DNA of 64,000 nt from a bacterium (GTDB lineage Bacteria > Patescibacteriota > Saccharimonadia > Saccharimonadales > DATKHC01): positions 2,975-66,974 of the forward strand of contig JAJXXC010000004.1 of NCBI GenBank assembly GCA_021781215.1. The letters run 5' to 3'. The translations under genes were made by a program, and so were the position numbers. Shown piece by piece: positions 1-7,429 of this stretch (position 1 is its first letter; every line of letters begins with the position of its first letter). The notes below the pieces were generated by a model, which saw only the letters and a list, made by a program, of their open reading frames with translations, was not told the origin of the DNA and ran no database searches.

Positions 1-276
1 ATCGAGAGGAATATTCTTCAATGTTTCACAACCGTTTAATTCAGCCCATTGTTGATGCGTAATAGCCTTATATGGGCCATCAAAATATCTATCAATATCA
101 TCCTTATCGAAAGGGTTATAGACAGTTTTAATATGAGTGCTTTCAATTCGATAATAATAATAGCCAAGAGTTACATCAATACTGGCCTGACTAATATGTT
201 TTTTGTTAAGCGGCACACAAACAATGTGATCTTCCTCAATAGCTTTTTCGATATCTAAATTACTGAAAATACTCAT
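1..276 (-). CDS. dcd: dCTP deaminase (dUTPase fold), first 92 codons only; the 3' end lies beyond the left window edge
   Basis: Own translation from ATG at 274-276: MSIFSNLDIEKAIEEDHIVCVPLNKKHISQASIDVTLGYYYYRIE..., open to position 1. The A-S-x-D-V-T-L-G block is the conserved Dcd N-terminal motif. Absent from the ORF track because there is no stop in the window. Confidence 0.6.
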   Translation of the reverse strand, partial: MSIFSNLDIEKAIEEDHIVCVPLNKKHISQASIDVTLGYYYYRIESTHIKTVYNPFDKDDIDRYFDGPYKAITHQQWAELNGCETLKNIPLD

Positions 277-392
277 GTGATTTCGTATACCTCAAATTTC
301 CTGTAATTATATATAGTGTATACTCCGTCAAAGACCTGCCAAAGAAATATAAAAAAATACAACTATTTAATTGCTTGTGATGATTGTGCTAA

Positions 393-2102
393 ATGACTAA
401 AATAGGTATTAGAATGAAAATCAAACATACCGGGTGGATAATCAGACACCTGAATCTGACAGAAATAAATAGTTTTGGTGTATTAATCAATGGATTTTAT
501 TTTCTTTTCATTGCATTAGCCCATTATCGTGGCCATTATCAAAGGCACATTGGATCGTTTGGTTATGAAATATTTCCAATTATTGGCTTAACTCTAATCT
601 ACTTATCGTTTCTACTATATAAAAAGAAAAAGACAGCCTGGATTGCTTCAATATCAATATATTCAATCTATTTACTTTCGGTCCTAATTCGAAGAATATT
701 TTTCCATATTGGTGCCGGTGATCTTACCAGTATTCAGCCATTTATTGGAATACTGTTACCTATGCTGATTTTTATTAGCTTATTAATTGCTCGTAAGAAA
801 TTTATTGTTAAGAGTGATATTACCAATTTTAAGTTTAGTCTTAAAGTATCATCGATTATTTTATTGGTAACTCTTATTTTTGGTACAAGTGGCTATATGC
901 TAATGGATAAAAAGGATTTTCACCAAGAAATTACTATTACCGAGGCCATTCATCAAACAATTGATCAATTCGATTTAACCGTTAATAAGCCATACATACC
1001 CTACACGGCAAGAGCTAGGGCATTTAGTGATAGTTTAAGCATTATCTCAACTATTGCAGTCATCTATTGTGTATATTCACTATTTAATCCTATTAAGCTA
1101 AGATATTTCGATGCAAATAATTGGAGATACCTAGCAATAAAAATCTTGTCATCGGGCAAAGGTGATAGTGAAGATTATTTTAAAGTATGGCCGCATGACA
1201 AAAATTATTTTTTTAACGAGCAAAAGACTGCCTGCATTGCATACAGCGTACATAGAGGAGTTGCGCTAGTTATTGGCGATCCATTCGGTGCAGTTAGTGA
1301 ATTTTCCAAAACTTTAGATGAATTTATGGATTATTGTTTACTAAACGACTGGCTACCCGCTTTTATACATACTAGGCCACATTTTAGTAAACTCTATAAA
1401 AGCCATGATTTCAATTTACAAAAAATTGGCGAAGAAGCCAGGGTTAATTGCAAGGATTTTCTAGATAATGTAGCAACTAATAAGTATTTTCGAAATATAA
1501 ATAATAGATTCGAAAATCAAGGATATACCACAGAAGTATTATCTCCACCCCACAGCAAGGAGTCACTGAGAAGACTTAGATCTATCTCAAATGAGTGGTT
1601 AACGCTCCCCAATAAAGCCGAGAGAGGTTTGATGATTGGTTTTTTTGATGAGAACTATCTAAATACATCGACCATTGTTGTCTTAAAAGACAGTTTGCAT
1701 CAAATTCATGCATTTATCAACAAACTCCCTTCATTCAATACAGATACAGCGAGTTATGACATGATTAGACACACAAAATCATCACCGAGTAACAGTGTTG
1801 ACTATCTGCTTATTAACTTTATTAAATACGCAAATTCTATTGGTTATGAGTACGTTAACCTAGGCTTAAGCCCTCTTGCTGGAGTAGATAACCTAGATAG
1901 CGAGAACTCAATATTAAATAGAACCCTTTCGTTTATATACGCAAACAGCACTCGTTTTTACAGTTTCCAGGGGCTATACCGCTTCAAGCAAAAGTATCAA
2001 CCAAATTGGAGCAATAGATACATAGCATATCAACGAGGTTTACCTGGTTTTATTAAAACTATGGCGGCACTAAATACCGCCACTAAAATTACTAAGAAAT
2101 AA
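393..2102 (+). CDS. Membrane protein with an MprF-type C-terminal aminoacyl-phosphatidylglycerol synthase domain (DUF2156-like)
   Basis: About 6 N-terminal hydrophobic helices. The C-terminal half (DYFKVWPHDKNYFF...VALVIGDPFG...FYSFQGLYRFKQKYQPNWSNRYIAY) resembles the lysyl-PG synthase domain of MprF/LysX. Confidence 0.55.
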   Translation: MTKIGIRMKIKHTGWIIRHLNLTEINSFGVLINGFYFLFIALAHYRGHYQRHIGSFGYEIFPIIGLTLIYLSFLLYKKKKTAWIASISIYSIYLLSVLIRRIFFHIGAGDLTSIQPFIGILLPMLIFISLLIARKKFIVKSDITNFKFSLKVSSIILLVTLIFGTSGYMLMDKKDFHQEITITEAIHQTIDQFDLTVNKPYIPYTARARAFSDSLSIISTIAVIYCVYSLFNPIKLRYFDANNWRYLAIKILSSGKGDSEDYFKVWPHDKNYFFNEQKTACIAYSVHRGVALVIGDPFGAVSEFSKTLDEFMDYCLLNDWLPAFIHTRPHFSKLYKSHDFNLQKIGEEARVNCKDFLDNVATNKYFRNINNRFENQGYTTEVLSPPHSKESLRRLRSISNEWLTLPNKAERGLMIGFFDENYLNTSTIVVLKDSLHQIHAFINKLPSFNTDTASYDMIRHTKSSPSNSVDYLLINFIKYANSIGYEYVNLGLSPLAGVDNLDSENSILNRTLSFIYANSTRFYSFQGLYRFKQKYQPNWSNRYIAYQRGLPGFIKTMAALNTATKITKK

Positions 2103-2104
2103 AC

Positions 2105-3043
2105 CTATATACTATTGTCTAATTTTATAGACGGGCCCATTGTTGTCGATAGAAAAATTGATAGTATATAGCTACCCTTAACATTAGCCGGTTTATTACT
2201 TTTAATAGAGTTTAAAACAACTTCAGCATTAGCTATCAACTTATCTTTTCCAAAACTTACTTTTCCGAAACCTAAGTGAACAATTCCACTGCTATCGATC
2301 TTATATTCTACCTTGCCGGCCTTAGATTCTTTTACGGCTTTTGCGGTATCTGTAGTCACTGTACCATTCTTTGGATTAGGCATTAAACCCTTAGGGCCAA
2401 GAATACGTGCATACTTAGCTAATTTAGGCATCATTGAAGGCGTGGAAATTAAAATATCAAAATTAATCAACGACTTATCAAGCTGTTCCAAAAATGCGTC
2501 ACCTAATGCTATATCAGCTCCAGCTTTTTTTGAGGCTTCAATTTCTTTATCATCAGCGAAAACAGCAATTCTTAAAGTTTTGCCTGTCCCGTGAGGTAAT
2601 ACTATATTATCTCTAATATTCTGGTCAGCATGTTTTGGATCAACTCCAAGTTTAATATGCATTTCGACGGTTGCATCAAATTTTGATGTGTTTGATTTAA
2701 TTGCTAAATCTACGGCTTCTGATATGCTATATAATTTAGTTTTATCTACTATCTTATAGGCTTCCTGATATTTTTTACCTCTTCTTGATAGAATCGATCG
2801 AGTAGGGTTTTGAGTTTTTTTGCTAACAACTTCTTCTACTAAAGCCTCTTCTGCCTTTTTAAGTTTTTTAGCTTCAAGGGCTTCTGATTCTGCTATTGAT
2901 TTAGCACTTCTTTTTCCGGCCTTAGCCAAGACTTCAGGGGCATCGATTTTCGCTACTTTCATAGCTTTTTCTTTAGGTTCAGTTACTTTTGGTTTTTTAA
3001 CCAATTTATCAGCTTCAGTCTTTATTGTTTCTTTCTTAACCAT
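2105..3043 (-). CDS. rplA: 50S ribosomal protein L1 with a ~97-aa Lys/Glu/Ala-rich N-terminal extension
   Basis: The canonical L1 core starts at RRGKKYQEAYKIVDKTKLYSISEAVDL. Start moved from the track's TTG (3088) to ATG at 3043, which is preceded by AAGGAGAA at proper spacing. Follows rplK. Confidence 0.9.
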   Translation of the reverse strand: MVKKETIKTEADKLVKKPKVTEPKEKAMKVAKIDAPEVLAKAGKRSAKSIAESEALEAKKLKKAEEALVEEVVSKKTQNPTRSILSRRGKKYQEAYKIVDKTKLYSISEAVDLAIKSNTSKFDATVEMHIKLGVDPKHADQNIRDNIVLPHGTGKTLRIAVFADDKEIEASKKAGADIALGDAFLEQLDKSLINFDILISTPSMMPKLAKYARILGPKGLMPNPKNGTVTTDTAKAVKESKAGKVEYKIDSSGIVHLGFGKVSFGKDKLIANAEVVLNSIKSNKPANVKGSYILSIFLSTTMGPSIKLDNSI

Positions 3044-3093
3044 TTGATTCTCCTTCGTGGTGCAATCGGCATATTTTGCCTCCCACAAATTAA

Positions 3094-3522
3094 TTAATTT
3101 TTAAATTCCACGCCCATACTTCTAGCAGTACCTAATACCATTTTTTTTACAGACTCTATGTCCTCGGTATTCATGTCTTTAGCCTTAGTCTCAGATATTG
3201 AGTTTAGCTGATCTAGGGTTAATTTTTCTGGAAGTTTCTCACTATTTGGTTTGCCGGAACCTTTATCGATTTTCAAAGCTTCTCTTATTAAATCATCGGT
3301 TGGAACTCCTACAACTCTCCAGTCCATTGTTTTGTCTTCATATACCGTAATGTGGACAGTTAAATTCTTTCCCATTTGATCTTTGGTTTTTTCATTAAAT
3401 GGATTAACAAAATCCATCATGTTAACACCATATTGACCCAATATGCTTCCAACCGGTGGTGCGGCACTAGCTTGACCACCTTTTAACTTCATTTTTAAGT
3501 TCGCCTTAATTGCTTTTGCCAT
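3094..3522 (-). CDS. rplK: 50S ribosomal protein L11
   Basis: KGGQASAAPPVGSILGQYGVNMMDF motif; nusG-rplK-rplA order. Confidence 0.95.
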   Translation of the reverse strand: MAKAIKANLKMKLKGGQASAAPPVGSILGQYGVNMMDFVNPFNEKTKDQMGKNLTVHITVYEDKTMDWRVVGVPTDDLIREALKIDKGSGKPNSEKLPEKLTLDQLNSISETKAKDMNTEDIESVKKMVLGTARSMGVEFKN

Positions 3523-3593
3523 TTTTAATTAACTCCTACAAACCATTCTTTAGATTTATTTTATTATATCCTATATTCAAGCTTTAGTCCAGA

Positions 3594-4136
3594 TTATGAT
3601 TTCTTTACCTGAAGGCTATCTAGCTCAATTGGTGTTTCGCGACCAAACATATTAACTAACACTTTGAGCTTACCTTTTGTTTGATCAATTTCATTTACAG
3701 TTCCGTCAAAACCTTTGAATGGGCCATCGGTAATTCCAACCACTTCGCCAATTGTAAAATCAATTTTATATTTAGGCTCTTCCTTGCCCATTCGTTTCAT
3801 AATTTTATCAATTTCATCGTTTTCGATTGGCGTAGGATCTGTACCGGTTCCGACAAAACCCGTAACGCTTGGGGTATTTCTGACTACATACCACGCATCT
3901 TCAGTCATATTCATCTGCACCAATACATAGCCTTGAAAAATTTTCTTCTCAACGATTTTACGTTTACCATTTTTGACTTCAATCATCTTCTCTTTAGGTA
4001 CTAAAACCTGAAAAATCAGTGAACTCATATCTAATGATTCGGCACGTTGCTTTATACTTTCAGCAACCTTTTCTTCATAACCTGAATAGGTATGAATTAC
4101 ATACCATTGTTTATTTTTTTCGTATCTATCAACCAT
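3594..4136 (-). CDS. nusG: Transcription termination/antitermination factor NusG
   Basis: NGN start WYVIHTYSGYEEKV and KOW GEVVGITDGPFKGFDGTV. Overlaps the secE stop by 8 nt. Confidence 0.95.
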   Translation of the reverse strand: MVDRYEKNKQWYVIHTYSGYEEKVAESIKQRAESLDMSSLIFQVLVPKEKMIEVKNGKRKIVEKKIFQGYVLVQMNMTEDAWYVVRNTPSVTGFVGTGTDPTPIENDEIDKIMKRMGKEEPKYKIDFTIGEVVGITDGPFKGFDGTVNEIDQTKGKLKVLVNMFGRETPIELDSLQVKKS

Positions 4137-4491
4137 GTAAAAATACCTTTTTAAATATTATTTCAAATCCCCAATCCAATAAACTGATCATAACTCCGAA
4201 AACAATAGAAAAGATTATAACCGCAAATGTTAATCTCAGGGTATCCCTTCGATTTGGCCATGTAACTAATCTAATTTCTCCGAATGATGATCTAAGAAAC
4301 TTAAACTTAGGGAAAAACTTAAAAATTTTACTATTACTTAATTTATTAGAAAATCTCTTTTGAGTATTTCTAGTATTAGTAAGCTGTTTAGGCTTTGACT
4401 CCTTGGAGTCATTTTTCCTTTTAGCTAAGTTCTTATCTACTAATTCTCTTAAGCTTTCGCCCGTTGATTTAGCAGTATCTTTATCAGGCAT
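4129..4491 (-). CDS. secE: Preprotein translocase subunit SecE with a long basic N-terminal extension
   Basis: C-terminal block IRLVTWPNRRDTLRLTFAVIIFSIVFGVMISLLD (single TM) is the SecE core. Lies directly upstream of nusG. Confidence 0.85.
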   Translation of the reverse strand: MPDKDTAKSTGESLRELVDKNLAKRKNDSKESKPKQLTNTRNTQKRFSNKLSNSKIFKFFPKFKFLRSSFGEIRLVTWPNRRDTLRLTFAVIIFSIVFGVMISLLDWGFEIIFKKVFLHG

Positions 4492-4508
4492 TCTAATTAA
4501 AACCCCTT

Positions 4509-4540
4509 AAAATTAAATAATCTACCATTTTGATGGTAGA
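4509..4540 (-). terminator. Rho-independent terminator after the DUF45-like gene
   Basis: Perfect 8-bp stem TCTACCAT/ATGGTAGA with a 4-nt loop (4521-4540). On the minus strand it is followed by TTATTTAATTTT. Lies 33 nt downstream of the stop at 4573. Confidence 0.6.
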
Positions 4541-4572
4541 TCAATGTGTCAATAGTACTACAACTATTATTT

Positions 4573-5286
4573 CTAGTCAATTTGATTATAAATTATTGGT
4601 TTATATTTTTTCATTTCACGCCTTAAGCCTTTAACATCATCATTCAAGGAATTCATTTTATCCCAAAATTGACTATCGTGAGACATATGAATAGTATGAA
4701 CTAGCTCATGGAGTAATACGTAATCAATTAAATGCCAGGGCAATTGAATCAAGTACAAATTAATTGTTATATTGCCTTTTGTATCACAACTGCCCCATCT
4801 CCTTTTTAGCTCCTTTATTCGTAAATCTTGATAGTTTAATCCAGTTTGTTTTGATATTAGATCTAGCCTTTGTTTTATCAAAACATCAGCTTCTTGTCTT
4901 AGGGTTTCTTTAATAATATGTTTTATTTTTTCCTGAGCAAACTCTGAATATATGGAATGCGAAGCGGGTAGATAAATGTATAGAATTTGGTTCTTTATTT
5001 TGCTTCGGAAATTTTTTAATGACTCTGACTGTATTAACTCTAGGTGAAATGTTTTACCAACTGGTTGATTACTTATAAAAACTTTCTCTCTAACTGACAA
5101 GTTATCTTTTATCCAGCTTTTATTTTTTTTAGCAAAATCAAGTCCAATACGATAAGGCGTCCAAATCGGAAGACTAATTTTAATCTCATTATCCTGGCTT
5201 ACGCTAATCTTAAGAGACTTATTTGATCTTTTTTTGTATATAGTTACCTTACCTATATCTTTTAGCTCAAAATGTTTAAAAGACAT
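4573..5286 (-). CDS. YgjP/DUF45-like zinc metallohydrolase (HExxH)
   Basis: C-terminal LLHELVHTIHMSHDSQFW signature typical of the DUF45/YgjP family. Confidence 0.65.
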   Translation of the reverse strand: MSFKHFELKDIGKVTIYKKRSNKSLKISVSQDNEIKISLPIWTPYRIGLDFAKKNKSWIKDNLSVREKVFISNQPVGKTFHLELIQSESLKNFRSKIKNQILYIYLPASHSIYSEFAQEKIKHIIKETLRQEADVLIKQRLDLISKQTGLNYQDLRIKELKRRWGSCDTKGNITINLYLIQLPWHLIDYVLLHELVHTIHMSHDSQFWDKMNSLNDDVKGLRREMKKYKPIIYNQID

Positions 5287-5302
5287 CTATATTTTTAAAA
5301 GG

Positions 5303-5965
5303 CTAATGGATATTTATGTTTCGTCGTTTATTGTCTACGCGTCCACTATAAAGGTTGGGAACTAAATTAATAAGTTCAGGTTTTGGAAGATTGTTACTAA
5401 GATAATCTTGGCTTAATAAATTTTTTTCGGAAAGTTTTTTATAGACGGCGTGTTTCTGGGTGGAGAATACGTGTTTACCGCTAATAACTACATAGTCATC
5501 TTTTTCTGAAGGATTTTGCATTCTACCAACTAGACCGTTGAAGGTTGTACGGTCAAGCTTCTCGGCATATTTGTCGTCAATTTTTCTAGCATCACGATTA
5601 TTAACCCTATTGAAACTACTCTCAATATCAATCTGAAGCCAGACAATAATAACCTGAGCCTTATAGTTGTCTGCTATGGTAGACAATAATTTTCTGTCAC
5701 TCGCACGACTATTTCTACAGTCATAAACAACGCTAACCCCTGACCTGAGGAAATTATTTAGCATATATATGCAAAGGTGCTGAACAGCATTATTTTCTGA
5801 CTTGTTATGTGTCGGATTTTCAATAAATTCGTGTCTCAGCGTGTCGTCATTAATATAAGCTGATCTAGTTTCATCAGCAAATTGTCGTCCAAAATATGAT
5901 TTACCTGACCCTGGATAGCCATACATGATAAAAATAGTTGGTCTGGTAATAATCTGGCTATTCAT
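5303..5965 (-). CDS. P-loop NTPase/kinase (AAA_33 or zeta-toxin-like fold), function unknown
   Basis: Walker A GYPGSGKS near the N-terminus; small size and a DxxR-type pattern as in polynucleotide-kinase/zeta-like kinases. No specific family recognised. Confidence 0.45.
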   Translation of the reverse strand: MNSQIITRPTIFIMYGYPGSGKSYFGRQFADETRSAYINDDTLRHEFIENPTHNKSENNAVQHLCIYMLNNFLRSGVSVVYDCRNSRASDRKLLSTIADNYKAQVIIVWLQIDIESSFNRVNNRDARKIDDKYAEKLDRTTFNGLVGRMQNPSEKDDYVVISGKHVFSTQKHAVYKKLSEKNLLSQDYLSNNLPKPELINLVPNLYSGRVDNKRRNINIH

Positions 5966-6013
5966 TATTTTAATTTATAACAATTTCCTGTTTATTGCAA
6001 TTTGGTTAGCTAT

Positions 6014-6089
6014 TGGCAGGGGAGACAGGGGTCGAACCTGCGGCCTACGGTTTTGGAGACCGTTGCTCTACCAGCTGAGCTACTCCCCT
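6014..6089 (-). tRNA. tRNA-Trp (anticodon CCA), 76 nt, CCA encoded
   Basis: Reverse complement AGGGGAGTAGCTCAGCTGGTAGAGCAACGGTCTCCAAAACCGTAGGCCGCAGGTTCGACCCCTGTCTCCCCTGCCA folds as a cloverleaf. Anticodon loop is CU-CCA-AA. Confidence 0.9.
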
Positions 6090-6148
6090 ACGCAAAGTAT
6101 ATTTTAATGTATTTCTCTTAGAATAAAAACTGATTAAATATTTTATTT

Positions 6149-6355
6149 CTAATGTTTTCTTGGTTTAACTTCATTTCGGCCAAGATTTTTTTTAGTCTCA
6201 GTGAATACTACATGCTTCCGTGACACGGGATCATATTTACGAAGAGTAAGTTTATCTGGTGTATTCATACTATTTTTATATGTATAGTAAGTTCTCTGTC
6301 CAGTTTCCTCAGACACCATACCAATTAATTTTCTTTTATCGCCTTTTTTAGCCAT
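6149..6355 (-). CDS. rpmG: 50S ribosomal protein L33 (cysteine-less C-minus form)
   Basis: [31 protein letters not shown] matches the L33 core. Sits between tRNA-Thr and tRNA-Trp, as in many bacteria. Confidence 0.9.
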   Translation of the reverse strand: MAKKGDKRKLIGMVSEETGQRTYYTYKNSMNTPDKLTLRKYDPVSRKHVVFTETKKNLGRNEVKPRKH

Positions 6356-6428
6356 TTTATTCCCGGTTATATTATTTAGATTTTATTATCTTAACAGAGT
6401 TCATACTGTTAGTAAATAGATTAGAGCT

Positions 6429-6721
6429 TGGAGCCACGATCGGGATTCGAACCCGAGACCTCATCCTTCGCTTACACCTCTTCTTTATGTTGTATTGGTA
6501 CTTATAAGAGGGCTAGACTGTATCTTAAGCATATCAATATTGACGTAGCTTCCCTTGTCAGTCGTTCGGGTCTTCATATTTTTAATTATGATTACCACGG
6601 TCTTGCCCTAGTCCTAGGGTATTAACCGTTATTCGGGATTCATATGTAGATTTCTCCACAAATGGGCAGGGTCTTATTGCGACCCACCATGGATGCGCTC
6701 TACCAGCTGAGCTATCGCGGC
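6429..6721 (-). tRNA. tRNA-Thr (anticodon GGU) interrupted by a 217-nt group I intron after U36
   Basis: 5' exon is 6721->6686 (36 nt) and 3' exon is 6468->6429 (40 nt, CCA encoded). They join into a canonical 76-nt cloverleaf: acceptor GCCGCGA/TCGTGGC, anticodon stem CATCC/GGATG, T arm TCGGG-TTCGAAT-CCCGA. Confidence 0.8.
6469..6685 (-). ncRNA. Group I self-splicing intron, ORF-less, in the tRNA-Thr(GGU) anticodon loop
   Basis: P1 has the U-G wobble (exon GGU with guide GCC) extended by GGGUC/GACCC. P2 is UGUGGA-GAAA-UCUACA and P5 is ACGGU/ACCGU plus a CCCUAG/CUAGGG hairpin. R-like GAACGACUGACA and S-like AAGAUACAGUC form P7 GACUG/CAGUC. P9 is CCUCUU/AAGAGG. The last intron nucleotide is G. 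Confidence 0.7.
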
Positions 6722-6739
6722 AGCATGCCAACCAAAATA

Positions 6740-7227
6740 TCACGTAACTTTATATTGTGATACATTACTGTTACTACACCATATCGACTCCTTTGTCGAT
6801 AGGTGCCGATTGACCCTGATATTGTAACAGTTGACCGCATAAATTGCGAGGGGGGGCGTTAAGCGTTTGCGCCCAATATGCTAAGGCTTTATCGGAATTA
6901 ATATCAGTAAAAATTTGAAGTCCGAAACATAAATCTTCCTTCCTAATACCAAAAGCGCTGCTTGAGAAATGTTATAAAATAATTAACCAGTGCAGGGTCT
7001 GTACTCCCTAGTCTAACAGACTATTTATTCGCTTTGTTACCTTCACCCCAATAAAGACCGATGCCTAAGCCCTTTAGCCATGCGTCTTCCATATTAATGA
7101 CTGGACGAAACTTGAATGGATCACCTTTAGGATGTTTCTTCTGGTATGCAGTATCGCTCCTTGAACGACGTTGTATATGTCGCCTATCCATCCAATACAC
7201 TATTTTATTGATCGAGCAATAGTTCAA
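6740..7227 (-). pseudogene. Degenerate LAGLIDADG-type homing endonuclease gene (in-frame stop plus at least two frame changes)
   Basis: Segment 1 (7227->7024) ends ...MEDAWLKGLGIGLYWGEGNKANK then TAG, and the same frame continues SVRLGSTDPALVNYFITFLKQRFWY then TAG. Segment 2 is in another frame: GIRKEDLCFGLQIFTDINSDKALAYWAQTLNAP. Segment 3 is in a third frame after a C7 run: LAIYAVNCYNIRVNRHLSTKESIW...KVT, stop at 6740. Motif order resembles single-motif LAGLIDADG enzymes. Confidence 0.5.
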
Positions 7228-7320
7228 CTTTGCAAACCCAGCATCGACAAACCATTTTTAAGATACTGTTTTTCTAAAAGTTTTTTGTACATATATTAAG
7301 CATACTACTATCTAATACAG

Positions 7321-7349
7321 AATGAGTTCTACCGCTGAGCTATATAGGT
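7321..7349 (-). other. tRNA-like 5' fragment (acceptor/D-arm-like), probable tRNA remnant
   Basis: Minus strand reads ACCTATA-TA-GCTC-AGCGGTA-GAAC-T-CATT..., which matches a tRNA 5' third. I could not build an anticodon stem, T arm or matching 3' acceptor downstream. Confidence 0.35.
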
Positions 7350-7429
7350 ATAAATTTTAAGCCGTTAGTGAATATTATAGAGTAAATAAAATGAAGTCAG
7401 ATTAAATAAGAATTTTGATTTAGAATAAA

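Noticed and set aside
49-258. 69-aa plus-strand ORF at the left edge.
   Set aside because: It is antisense to the partial dcd gene, whose translation carries a recognisable Dcd motif.
3044-3088. Track start (TTG at 3088, MWEAKYADCTTKENQ...) for rplA.
   Set aside because: The ATG at 3043 has an AAGGAGAA Shine-Dalgarno at proper spacing, and the upstream 15 codons contain that RBS. The shorter start is preferred.
5925-6107. 60-aa plus-strand ORF.
   Set aside because: It overlaps the antisense of tRNA-Trp and the 5' end of the kinase-like gene. No RBS. Artefact.
6428-6625. 65-aa plus-strand ORF (MEPRSGFEPETSS...).
   Set aside because: It starts at TTG inside the antisense of the tRNA-Thr(GGU) 3' exon and runs through the antisense of the group I intron. 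The RNA gene explains this interval better.
6925-6960. AGGAAGGAAG stretch on the minus strand, reminiscent of the SRP RNA domain IV GGAAGGAAGCAGCC motif.
   Set aside because: It has no flanking helix 8 pairing and no GCAGCC continuation. It falls inside the endonuclease pseudogene reading frames.
6722-7320. Search for a 3' half (T arm plus acceptor) that would make the 7321-7349 fragment a second intron-containing tRNA.
   Set aside because: I found no GTTCGAnTC-type T loop or complementary TATAGGT acceptor strand on the minus strand in this interval. The only stem-loop (ATCGA-caaaggag-TCGAT at about 6783-6800) has an 8-nt non-T-loop and lies in the pseudogene frame.
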